The position numbers were made by a program, and so were the translations under genes. A stretch of 63,937 nt of DNA, counting the filler, from Salisapilia sapeloensis CBS 127946 (lineage: Eukaryota; Protista; Oomycota), in the NCBI GenBank assembly GCA_023334545.1. It is 9 parts of 9 records of this genome, joined end to end, with 100 filler letters (N's around TTAATTAATTAA, not from the genome) between each part and the next. Parts side by side here need not be neighbours in the genome. Positions count along the whole stretch, not along the records: positions 1 to 3,233 come from JAADVB010000777.1; positions 3,334 to 5,000 come from JAADVB010001073.1; positions 5,101 to 24,321 come from JAADVB010000312.1; 6 more parts are not named here. One strand, given 5' to 3'. Numbering within the stretch: position 1 is the first letter of the stretch; the number at the start of each line of letters is the position of its first letter. Of this stretch, positions 1-10,532 are shown piece after piece. Below the pieces are notes generated by a model. That model had not been told where the DNA came from. It saw only the letters and a list, made by a program, of their open reading frames with translations, and ran no database searches.

Positions 1-1
1 A

Positions 2-229
2 ATCATTTCCGTATCGCCATACCAATGGAACGCCTTCCACGCCGGCCCACGACAATGTGTCGGTCAGCGCATGGCCATGATGGAGCTGAAGACTGTGCTG
101 GCACATATGCTGAGCAAGTACGATATCCATCTTACGGAGAAAGAGTACACATACAGAATGACATCGGTCATGTATGTCAAAGGCAGGGTGCTTGCCAACG
201 TCAAGCGTCATCAGCAGTCTATCTACTGA
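2..229 (+). CDS. Cytochrome P450, C-terminal fragment (CYP86/CYP704-like, oomycete type); 5' truncated by window edge
   Basis: Manual translation of frame 2: ...SPYQWNAFHAGPRQCVGQRMAMMELKTVLAHML...QSIY*. It contains the heme-binding motif FxxGxRxCxG. Not in the ORF track. Confidence 0.85.
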   Translation: MISVSPYQWNAFHAGPRQCVGQRMAMMELKTVLAHMLSKYDIHLTEKEYTYRMTSVMYVKGRVLANVKRHQQSIY

Positions 230-344
230 AGTTAATGCGCAAGCTAACAGCGTCGTATGCAGAGAGCATTCTCAAATATAATCGTCACGCATTGAATGAA
301 CAGATGCAAATGTGAGCTTTGTTTGTTTTACTCAAGGTACCAAC

Positions 345-1853
345 TTATGGCAGACATCCCTCCGGACGCTTGATGATGACCGTCTTGTGCTCCAAGTAGT
401 TCTTGAGGCCTGGCTCACCGAGCTCACGGCCGATACCCGAGTCCTTAAAGCCGCCAAATGGGGTGTTGGCGTCGAGTACGTTGTAGCAATTAACGTACAC
501 CGTGCCTGTGCGCATACCATGCGTGATCTTGAGGATGTTGTCCATACTCTGCGTGACGAGTCCGCCTCCAAGACCATACTGAGAGTCATTCGCGCGACGG
601 ATGACCTCATCCACGTCCCTGAACTTGAGGACGCTCATCACGGGACCAAAGATCTCCTCTCGAGCGATCTTCATGTTGTCCTCCACATCCGCAAAGACAG
701 TTGGCTCGACAAAGTAGCCAGTGTCACCAGCGCGTGCGCCGCCGGTGACAAGCTTTGCGCCCTCCGCCTTGCCTTGATCCACGTAGCTCAGGATCTTGTC
801 AAACTGCTTCTGGTCGATCTGGGCTCCTTGCTGCGTCTTATAAGACAACGGGTCTCCGACGCGACGGCTGGCTGCACGCTGCGCAGCTTTCTCGAGGAAC
901 TCATCGTGCACCTTTTCGTGCACAAATACACGGGTGCCAGCAATGCAGCACTGACCCTGATTCATGAAGAGACCAACCTCCGTTTGGTTCACCGCCAGAT
1001 CCATGTCGGCGTCGTCCATGATGATGTTGGCGCTCTTGCCTCCGAGCTCCAGCGTCACGCGCTTCAGGTTGTCCACGTGGGAATTGCGCATGATGTCGTA
1101 CCCGACGCTCGTGCTGCCAGTGAATGCCACCTTGTCGACATCCTTGTGCTTCATAAGCGAGGCACCAGCAGTGGCACCAAAACCTGGCAGGAGATTCAAC
1201 ACACCCTCTGGGTATCCAGCCTCTGCAGCCAATTCAGCGACGCGCAGGGCAGTCAGAGGCGTCTGCTCTGCCGGCTTCATGACGACGGTGCATCCGGTCG
1301 AGAGAGCCGGGCCAAGTTTCCACGCCATCATCGCCAACGGGAAGTTCCATGGAATGATTTGGGCGCACACACCCACGGGTTCCATCCGGCTGTAGCAGAA
1401 ATGCTCCGTGCTCAGCGGGATCGTCTGACCGTGGATCTTGTCAGCCCACCCAGCGTAGTGTCGGAGCACCTTTAGCACCACATTGAGGTCTCCGTGTTTG
1501 GCTTCCGCAAGAGGTTTGCCATTGTCCATGACCTCCAGTACCGCCAACTCGTCAATGTTCGCCTCGATCAAGTCGGCCAGTTTGTACATAAGACGCCCAC
1601 GCTCCGCGCCGGACATGCGTCGCCATGGGCCGTCGTCAAAGGCTTTGCGAGCCGCGGCGACGGCACGGTTTACGTCTTCTTCGCCGGCCTCTTGGACTGA
1701 TGCGAGCTTCTTTTCCGTGGCAGGATTAAACGTGTCGAAGGTCTTGCCATCAGCAGAGTCGACGAACTTGTTATTGATGAAGAGCTGCGTCTGTCTGATG
1801 GGCACGTGGCCTGCACTCGAGAAGGAGCGTTTCGCGAACTGGCGGAGCATCAT
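345..1853 (-). CDS. ALDH2: Mitochondrial aldehyde dehydrogenase (ALDH1/2 family)
   Basis: Intronless 502-aa ORF with IIPWNFP, FTGST, LELGGKS, catalytic Cys in GQCC, EEIFGP and PFGGFKDSG. The N-terminus is Arg/Ser-rich and transit-peptide-like. Confidence 0.95.
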   Translation of the reverse strand: MMLRQFAKRSFSSAGHVPIRQTQLFINNKFVDSADGKTFDTFNPATEKKLASVQEAGEEDVNRAVAAARKAFDDGPWRRMSGAERGRLMYKLADLIEANIDELAVLEVMDNGKPLAEAKHGDLNVVLKVLRHYAGWADKIHGQTIPLSTEHFCYSRMEPVGVCAQIIPWNFPLAMMAWKLGPALSTGCTVVMKPAEQTPLTALRVAELAAEAGYPEGVLNLLPGFGATAGASLMKHKDVDKVAFTGSTSVGYDIMRNSHVDNLKRVTLELGGKSANIIMDDADMDLAVNQTEVGLFMNQGQCCIAGTRVFVHEKVHDEFLEKAAQRAASRRVGDPLSYKTQQGAQIDQKQFDKILSYVDQGKAEGAKLVTGGARAGDTGYFVEPTVFADVEDNMKIAREEIFGPVMSVLKFRDVDEVIRRANDSQYGLGGGLVTQSMDNILKITHGMRTGTVYVNCYNVLDANTPFGGFKDSGIGRELGEPGLKNYLEHKTVIIKRPEGCLP

Positions 1854-3061
1854 GATGCTTGTCGTAGTCGAGGGTCTATCTGCGTGGTTGAGCGCAAGAA
1901 TGGAAATGGAACTTTACGTTTAGATTACCAGAAACACCAATCAAGCACTTCAAGATCACTTTAAATAAACTTCAAGTCACTTTAATTTCGAAGTATCGTT
2001 GGTAGCACCAGCGTAGTGGTGCCTTTGAATCGATCTAGGAGGTTTTATGGACAGCAAGCCCGATTTCTTACGCATGTAATAATGAAAAAGTATAAAGGTG
2101 CAAATGGCTATTTGGCATAACATCGATTCGAACACGCAGGATATTTGGAAACACAATGATCAGAATAGACTACTTTACATTCTCTATGTGTATATTTTGT
2201 CCCCATCGTAACGTTTTCATAAGACCCTTTAAACCCATTGTGCTTCGGTGGCATTAACATATCGACGCAGAATCCGATTCCGAGTCAAATTGTAGCTGAT
2301 GTTGAACGCCAAGCTTTTGCACTTCCAGATCATCTCTTTTAATTTCCGACCTTGCGGTCGGACGAGACGTTTACTGCTGACTTTTGTATTCCACAGATAT
2401 CTTGATTTAATTTTCTTGTATTTTGGCTTCGGCAACTTAAATGCCGCCTAGGATTGAAGAAATTGATATGAAAGCAAAGTAGATTGAGTAATCGAGTAAT
2501 CGCCTTCTGGTATTCCCACTACTAGCCCTGCCTCTACTACAAAATTGGCTGGCAAAGCTTTGGATACACTTTCGCCCTTCTTCAAGCTTTCCTCGTATTT
2601 ACTTTGTGCAAACTAAAAGAGAGATACTTCGTAGACAGTGAACTTTATCGCGCTCAGCCTCCCTTTTGCCAAATTTCAACGTATGTTCTAATAAAGAATC
2701 GCTACTAGCATGTTCAATGGAAATTCATTTTTGTTTAAAAACCTCGGTTTATTACAGTACAGCATCATCTATCTAATGTGAACGCTAATAGCCGTTGAGA
2801 GAAACCTGTTAGTGAAGAACAGTGACTTCACGTGACGAGGGAAAGTCTAACTTAGATGTTCTGATCTCAGTACCTGTGAACCAAGTGGTCCGTAGCAATA
2901 CCACTGTCTAATGTCGTCGGACAACGTCCAATGGAAACTAGAGAAGCCTCTTCAAAATGCTGTGAAGGGATACACCGCAATACAATACGGAAAACCGCAG
3001 AAATGGAATATGTATTTGCTTGCTGTTACGCGTTTCAATCCAACTTACTACATCTTGTTAT

Positions 3062-3233
3062 CTAAGCGTACAGCCCTTCGATCGTGTCCGCGTGCTTCTC
3101 GCCAACCACCTTGCGCTTCAGCTTGAGCGTCGGTGTCAGCTCTCCGCCAGCGAGGGAAAAGTCTCCGTCGAGGATCGTGAATTTACCGACGTTCTGCGCT
3201 CTCGAAACCGCCTGCTCGTTCGCCCGCTTCACG
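3062..3233 (-). CDS. Long-chain acyl-CoA synthetase (ACSBG/bubblegum-like), C-terminal fragment truncated by gap
   Basis: Reverse-strand translation VKRANEQAVSRAQNVGKFTILDGDFSLAGGELTPTLKLKRKVVGEKHADTIEGLYA* carries the characteristic GELTPTLKLKR tail. Confidence 0.82.
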
Positions 3234-3333
3234 NNNNNNNNNNNNNNNNNNNNNNNNNNNNNNNNNNNNNNNNNNNNTTAATTAATTAANNNNNNNNNNN
3301 NNNNNNNNNNNNNNNNNNNNNNNNNNNNNNNNN
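3234..3333. other. Artificial contig linker (N44-TTAATTAATTAA-N44)
   Basis: 100-nt spacer with a six-frame stop core, identical at eight positions in the window. Confidence 0.98.
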
Positions 3334-3942
3334 GGGCAGGTCGGCCAGTACTCTGAAACTACTTCTGTAAACTCCTCCTTCATCCAAGCGGACTCAGCAG
3401 CTACGATACCGATGCCATTACTGAAGTACTTGAAACGAAAAGGCTCTAGCTTCTTCCTCGCTACAGTTGCTGATGGCCCTGATGTCTCTACTCTATCATG
3501 CTTGTGCTGAAGAAGAGAAGGAAACAAGTGAGCTCACAAAACGGAGGACGTGAGCAAGAAAGGTGACTTCAAGCAAGGGACATAGCTATGGCTAGAAAGA
3601 TGACAAGAAAATGACAATTACCGAATAATCTATGCGCATGGAAACCCAGGTTACCATGATCCGAAATAAAGTCATGGCTGCTAGATCTATTGATTCTACC
3701 CACAATTATAATCTAATGCGTCGACAAGGAGGGCATGTATCACTGCTTCCAGTACGACGACGACTACGAAGGCAACGATGAAGTCACAACTGCCGCTCAG
3801 GTTACTAGATTTATGTAGGTCTCGAGTGGTAGTCGCAAATCCAATGCAGCAAAAGAAACACATGAAAACCACAGCAACAACAACATCACTTCACTAGAAA
3901 CTCTTCTCCTCGTAGGCTTCTCGGTCGTAGCATCGAGTTTAG

Positions 3943-5000
3943 CTACGGATAGTTGGAGTAGTCAAAGTGGAATGTCGGATCCACACCTACGTCAGAGTGC
4001 TAGTCAGTATATACTGCATGATATAAATGCCATTGCGCATGCTATGGACGTACCGAAGTGAGGATATGGAAACTGTACCACCAAAGTGAGGAATAGGACG
4101 ATCCTAGCAGCAATTGCTGTGCCTTTAGCTTCAAAGATATAGCCAAGAAGTTTGATCGGACTAAACCCAAACTTCCATCGAATATACGCGACGAATGCAA
4201 TGAACGAAAGAAGCTCAAGTCCTCCATATAGAGCGATACTTTTGATGGAGCTGTAAAGCGTTTCTTCAGTCAAATACCGAAAGTTGGCATGGTACTTGGC
4301 GTTTGGCAAATGGTACAGGACCGACATGTAGATGATATAGATGAAGGGCACCACGAATTCGACATATTCGAGCGATGCCAGGTATTCGCAACGGAAGAGC
4401 AGAGATTGAGTTTGTTGCACAAGTAAGATTTTGTCTTCGTCTGAAATTTCCGCTCGATTTGTACGCTCGGATCTCCTGTGGTCACTCGTAAGAGCTGGTT
4501 GAGTTTTCTGATCGACGAGCACTTTTTTCGTCGGAGAGAACGGTATAACCGCTGTTACCTTGATTAACTGTTGAGAAGAAGAGGGTTTATCCTTGCTTGA
4601 TGTATTCGTGTGGGGTAGTGGAGTTACTCTGTTGTTCTTAAGATCTTGATCTCCTTTCTTCGGCACTTGATCTGAACTGGAAGTTGATGGAGTCGATTGA
4701 TTGGGGAGACACCGAAGGACCATGAGTAGCAAATTCTCGTGGTGATGATAATTTAGCTTCTTCTGCAGCTCACATACTTTCTGAGATGCCCTTTGAATGG
4801 TATAGAGCGACCAAACAGAGTTAACTGCATCGTACGCTATAAGAACGACAGTGGACCATGAGTTGACGGCTGCTTGCATGGATGTAGAGACGTAAAACGC
4901 GTTAAATACTTCCACGGAGAAAACTGTCGTATTAATGATGTTTTTTGGCATTGAAATAAACAGATTTGCCATAAAGTTTTTCATGAGCACTTTGATAATA
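3943..5000 (-). CDS. Oomycete-specific multi-pass membrane protein (5' truncated by gap); short last exon GVDPTFHFDYSNYP*
   Basis: ORF 4004-4990 has LFRCEYLASLEYVEFVVPFIY...LYHLPNAKY and several hydrophobic segments typical of an expanded oomycete TM family. A GT-AG intron after HFG leads to a stop at 3943-3945. Confidence 0.7.
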
Positions 5001-5100
5001 NNNNNNNNNNNNNNNNNNNNNNNNNNNNNNNNNNNNNNNNNNNNTTAATTAATTAANNNNNNNNNNNNNNNNNNNNNNNNNNNNNNNNNNNNNNNNNNNN
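5001..5100. other. Artificial contig linker
   Basis: N44-TTAATTAATTAA-N44. Confidence 0.98.
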
Positions 5101-7283
5101 CGAGGTGTCACTGCTGAAGCAAGTTGGAAAATGAAAAGCAATCGGACTGGCGCGCACAACCAGTATCCAAAGCTCGACCAACGTCCAGTTGTTTTGCAGG
5201 AACAGGCAAAAACAGCTTGCTCATCGTTACTCGATCGACAGATTGAGCATAGATCTACGCCAGCGTCTGGCCGTCACATCAGACTCGATGGGACATATAT
5301 AAGACGCAGTTGGTTGCCTGGAATACCTTAGGACTGGTGAGCATGTTGTGCGTATTTTTTGAATCCTAAAGTTGGACGGATGTATATCTAGACTATCCAA
5401 CAACCTTTTTTGCTTGATTGTCGTCTAAATGATCGACGATTGACTCTTGGCAAGGTCATGTTGAAGTGTCATCTCGTATGATGGAAAGCGGGGAAATGCT
5501 CTCTTGAGCTATTGCGAAAGGAAGCGTCAAATTTGCTACTTTAATCACCTTGACAAGTGCTTTCGGAAAGCCTTTCTCGTCGGATTGAATAACTGCCAGA
5601 GCTTTCATTGGTAATGACACTGCGATTGAATGCTCGATCAATTCTCTTCGTGGATAGGTAAACAGAAACGGGGTCTGAGTTCTACGTATAGGTAGTCAAC
5701 CAGAAGTAAATGAATCCTGTGATTTTATCCGTCTATTTTATTTACATCATGTTTTCAAAAATCCTCAGTCTATTCAATAAGCATTTGAGACGAAGCGTGT
5801 ATTTGATATGAATGCTCACACTCATCTTTTCCTTCAGATTTGCAAGAATCGAAGAACTTTAAGTAGTCGTATAAATTACGGAACGACATCCGAGCTACAC
5901 CAATCTTTCAGAGCAGAGCAAAAGAAAGATTTGCTAAACATGCGATTAAAAAGAAATATGTAATGGACGCTGACTGATAACGCCATCAGTTCACAATCGT
6001 AGCCTTGGTTTAGCTTTTGCAAGCACATCAGGTCAAGCGGGTCTAGCGTAAATTCACTAGATACTTAATGGACATACCTTTTCGATCAAATAAATCATTG
6101 GACTTTTTGTTGTTGTGGCAAATACGGAAGTATATTAATTGGTGCTTATTACATCTTTACCTTTGGAGCCCACAAGAGGTGGGCTCAGCCATTCCGAAAA
6201 ATGGCAACGAGCATGCTCGGCTCCTTCTAAATCTTTCGACTGGAGGAAAGCTGCTAACTAGTTTCAGAGTTTGCGAAATTGAAATCGGCGCTCCTAGGTA
6301 ATAGATCATTGATTTTCTACAAGTCCTGGTATTTCCATGATATATTCGAACGTTTTATAATTGGTAAAATGTAAAGAGCTAGGCGGTACCAAACGAGTGA
6401 TAACGATCGTAAATGCGAGGCTATCGTGTGAAACCAAGCGTACTCTACACTCATTTTAACCTCCCAGGAAAGATTGAGGAAATTGAAAGTATTCTAGAGA
6501 AATTGAAGTATAACTGTGTTGATGTTTGGCAACATAGGGTCTAATGCATATCAAAAGACGTCAAAGTTGAATACCATTAGTCATCTAGTCTAATTTGTGC
6601 TACCTTAAACATTTCTTCTGCCATTGAATAAATGGCAATGGTGGTAGTGTCGAAAATAAAAATATTTAAGCTTTTGTACTAGCGTACTTGTTAGAAACCT
6701 TGCAAACTGATGTAGATAAGTAGCTTGCTTATCCTACAAATAGTGTTCTAGCGAGGAGTAGATCAATAAAATACCTGTTCTGAAAGAAGATTTAAAAATA
6801 GCTTTTTAGTGCGTGAAGCGAGCATAAAAGTATATATATCAGACGCCACTACGGTGATACGCGGGTGGGATGAGATATTTAGCGTTTCTGTGCATTAACG
6901 TGCCGAATAGACAAACAAGTATTCGGACGAAGATATGCCTCTTAAATGACATCCGGGGTCTGATAGTAGACATTTGACGTGTTTATATTGCTATATTTTT
7001 TTTAAATATCAGCTTTGATTGACCTTGATAACCGAGTTGATTTCCCGGTCCTATAGGTCTATTTTTTAATGAATGATTTAAGTTCATGGCCGCGTATGAT
7101 CCGACAAAGCATGTTGTTAACATGATAGTCACCGAAGTCTTGGCATAGGTTTAGCACATCTTACATTTCGAAATTAAAATTCCCTCTGATAGTTCGAGCT
7201 GCACTGAACAGCATTTGATTCGCATTAAATCCCTCGCAGCTCATACATTTATTATCATCAGCCACTGAGTTCTTTCCGGCACG

Positions 7284-9985
7284 ATGAAGTGTTATAGTCA
7301 AGAAATTGCTTATATCTTCCTCTTGCTTTGTGCTTTGCCAGGCATATATGCTCAGAATGCCAAATCTCCTTCCAAGTCAGGAGTTGTGTAAGTTTATCGA
7401 TAAACCTTCCAGCAAGACAGATTGCTCACTTTCCTGTTTTGTAGTAACCAGATTAACAAGGATATCTGGCAACTTAATGGATCTCATTATCATGACATCA
7501 AAATCCTGTACAGCAACGTGAGCTTGTCTAGTATGCATTTACCAACTCACTTTGTCCATGTAGTAACGTTCGTCAAAACCCGATCAAAGAGATAACGGGA
7601 ACGTTTCCAAACCTAGAAGAGCTGTACGTCTTATATGGCATTGGGTTTCAACAAGTAGTACACTCTCTAAACTTTAATCTGGGCAGGTATATGAGCGAAT
7701 CCTGGCTTATACACCTGGATGGGGACATTTTTCCCAGCCTTCGTAAAATGTTAGTGTTCCTATCTACATCGAAGCTAGGGTGGCTAAGTATTTTCTATCT
7801 TTGCATACAAATTAGAGAAAGCAACCACGGCAAGTTAGAGAGCGTTACCGGCACATGGAAGAAGCTTGAAAGCTTGTTAGATTTATTATATCTAAATTGG
7901 ATGACGTAGATTTTATTGTGTGTATTAATGTAGGCAATTGTATGACAACAGCATCTCTGAAATCAATGCTACAATGCCAGAGCTCACTAAGGCGTAAGCT
8001 TTATGCAGTCATATATTGTGTCGGTAGAATCGACATCCCACGTGCGCACGTAGATCGATAGAAGCAAATCCTATTAAAGAAATATCGGGGGAGTTTCCAA
8101 AGCTGGAAAAGCTGTACGTCTGACATAGCTTTAAGCAGTGCCAAGTGACTAGTTTTCTGAAAATCGATCTAAATAGGAACATGAGCAATACACAGCTGAA
8201 GAATCTAGAGGGTGATACCTTCCCGAGTCTTCAAGAGCTGTAAATGCATATATTCACACTGCACCGTCGATATTTAAATGCTAATTTCCGACCGCAAATG
8301 AACTAGAGAAAGCAATGCAGGCATATTAAAGAAGGTCACTGGTGAATGGAAGGAACTTGTCATATTGTAAGTCTTCAACTATATATAATCTAGGACATAC
8401 ATATCATCTGTGTTCATGTAGGAGCTTAATCAACAGCAGTGTCTCCGAAGTAAAGGCGCAGATGCCCAATCTCAGTGTAGCGTAAGCTTTAAATAGCCGT
8501 TTGTCTCTTTCGTGTAGCTGACACCTTGTACGTAAATACAGTCAGCTGAGCTTAAACCCGATCAAAAATCTGTCGGGAAACTTTCCAAGTCTAATACAAT
8601 TGTGCGTCCGATAAGACATCACATACTATCAAATAGTACACATACTAAAGATTGGTCTGAACAGATACATGAACGGAACCTTGCTCAAGAGCCTACATGG
8701 AAAAACCTTTCCTAGACTTCACAAACTGTAAATAATACTGAAGACATTGTAGCATTGACGATAACATATTAATCTTGCGACCTACACAAATAGGGTGAAT
8801 GCGCGCGGTAGATTAGAAAAAATCACTGGCAAATGGGAGCAGCTTTTAATCTTGTAAGCTTTTGATTATAATCAATATCAAGACGTGTATGTTATTATAT
8901 GTGCTTTATAGGGTTGCAAGACACAACAAAATCTCCAAATTGGACGCGAAGATGCCTCAGCTGACCCATGCGTAAGCTTTTGATCACCAATTATCTTGTC
9001 TGTATCCGAGATGACTCAAATGTGAGCCAGAGACCTCGATTACAACTCCTTTACTGATTTCGACTGCACCGACATGCAGCTTAAGTACTTGTAAGACACA
9101 TTAAAGATGATTTTTAAATACATTGAGCTCACAAGTATCACATGTAGGAATCTGTCAAATAATATGCTAACGAGTAAAAGTCTACGTGGAGACAAGTGCG
9201 AAAATCTCCAAGAAATGTATTGCTGTTATTGTATCCTGCTGCGTGTATGCGACTAATCGGCTCAAAAAGCAAGTTGAATTATAATGATATCAGAGAGCTT
9301 GATGATCGGCACAGCAAGACTCTCGACTCGGTGACGAAATTGTCCGTGATAGTTTATGAATATGCAAGCACAAATAGTTTACTCTGAACTCTTGGTAGGA
9401 CTGCGAGTGACGGTAATTTGGAGCAGTGGAACGGAAGCTGGCCCAATCTTGTTAAAGTGTACATATTCGTTGAATATATGCGTGTCTATTCGCGTTAACG
9501 TTCTCTTGATAATAAAGGTCAATGCCGGGCAACAAACTGTCTAAGATCGACGCATTTATTCCGAATGCCACTTGGATGTAAGATGTATCCTTGACTAATA
9601 TGAATGAGAGACTATCCTATATTCGGATCAACTTACAATGTTGCTTACGATACAGTGATCTTCGATCCAACAAACTGGGCACTTATGGATTTCAGCCAAG
9701 ACCTTTTGTACAAGCTGTCGTGGATGCTACTTCTGTAGCAGTTAGCAAGTACATGTCCACTCTCAGTATCAATTCGTAAGTGAACACAAATGCACTATCT
9801 TGTGCAAGGTTATTCAGATATTGATTTGATTGGTAGGTTTCTGGACGATAACCCTATGATGGAGTAAGATTCGAGTGTATAGCTTAATCTTTCATATCTA
9901 TGTATAAAAACATTCTTTACGGCTAAAATGATTAACGTTTGCGATGACATGTAGACAATCAACGGATAACGCTACGCCTAACTAA
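7284..9985 (+). CDS. Secreted leucine-rich-repeat protein, about 22 exons, one LRR per exon (3' end uncertain)
   Basis: Exon 1 (7284-7387) encodes the signal peptide MKCYSQEIAYIFLLLCALPGIYA. GT-AG exons follow at 7445-7507, 7564-7623, 7687-7749, 7816-7875, 7934-7993, 8054-8113, 8177-8239, 8307-8366, 8422-8481, 8542-8601, 8665-8727, 8794-8853, 8912-8971, 9031-9090, 9148-9216, 9270-9341, 9399-9458, 9518-9577 and 9656-9775, then probably 9837-9863 and 9955-9985. All are phase 2-2, and the spliced frame is open with LxxLxLxxN-type repeats. Confidence 0.87.
7564..9030 (+). repeat. Tandem triplication of a 4-exon (A-B-C-D) module, period about 489 bp, inside the LRR gene
   Basis: Exon starts are A 7564/8054/8542, B 7687/8177/8665, C 7816/8307/8794 and D 7934/8422/8912. 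Exon lengths are 60/63/60/60 in every copy. Confidence 0.85.
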
Positions 9986-10532
9986 GCTGGGAACACACGA
10001 CATCGATCCAGTTATAGAAAGAGAACCGTCGCCTAGCGGACATGGATAACTTGAGAAACTCAACTTCGTGAAAGACCTTACGTAATTTGACAGAATCAAA
10101 ATGTATTTTGCTTTTACGTTTTCTACAACAAACTATGCAGCAGATATTGAAGCAGAGATAAGTACTATAGCACTAAGTTCGTGTGCTCAAAACAAGCATG
10201 CGTAGCGTTCATAATATAGAGCGCTTTTACATGTACATCATTCCACTTATTATGTGCAGCTCAACTACGATTGAAGAGCCGTTTCTCCTCTTCTCTTCAT
10301 TCTATAGTGGTCGGATCACCCTGTCAGAGTCGCTGTTCAGTCAAGTTCCGAAATGCTATTTCTCCAAAAAAAATTTCGACGATGGTATTTAATGCTTCTT
10401 TGTCATTTGCACCACCACATATGGCAGAGTCTTCGTCCCAGGATTTCCTGTTCCATTCGGTCACCTGAATAACTTCTGTGGATGAAGTGAATTGAGCAAA
10501 GGCACTCAGCGAATTTTCAGTCGAGGGCCAAG

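Noticed and set aside
312-1475. 387-aa ORF antisense to ALDH (likewise long antisense ORFs over MATE2, CCT5, aspartate kinase, RPL8, PDHB)
   Set aside because: These are shadow ORFs produced by strong C/G third-position bias in the real gene, with no recognisable motifs.
2229-2435. 68-aa basic ORF upstream of ALDH
   Set aside because: It is short, lies in AT-rich intergenic DNA and has no recognisable motif.
3278-3289. Palindromic TTAATTAATTAA repeated eight times
   Set aside because: It is always centred in 44+44 Ns, so it is an artificial six-frame-stop linker, not biology. ORFs ending in LIN or N at these sites are artefacts.
3334-3870. Possible exons of a gene running into the gap (e.g. 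LEPFRFKYFSNG...)
   Set aside because: Both strands have open stretches, and neither a family nor a consistent splice model could be supported.
5101-5290. Minus-strand CSIC...ACSCK peptide resembling a RING-variant finger
   Set aside because: The downstream His/Cys ligands are missing and I could not build a supportable exon structure.
7452-7517. Alternative LRR exon 2 (CAG acceptor at 7449-7451, GTGAG donor at 7518)
   Set aside because: It is also phase 2-2 and open, but its peptide is not LRR-like. The 63-nt 7445-7507 version matches the B-type exons. It cannot be fully excluded without RNA data.
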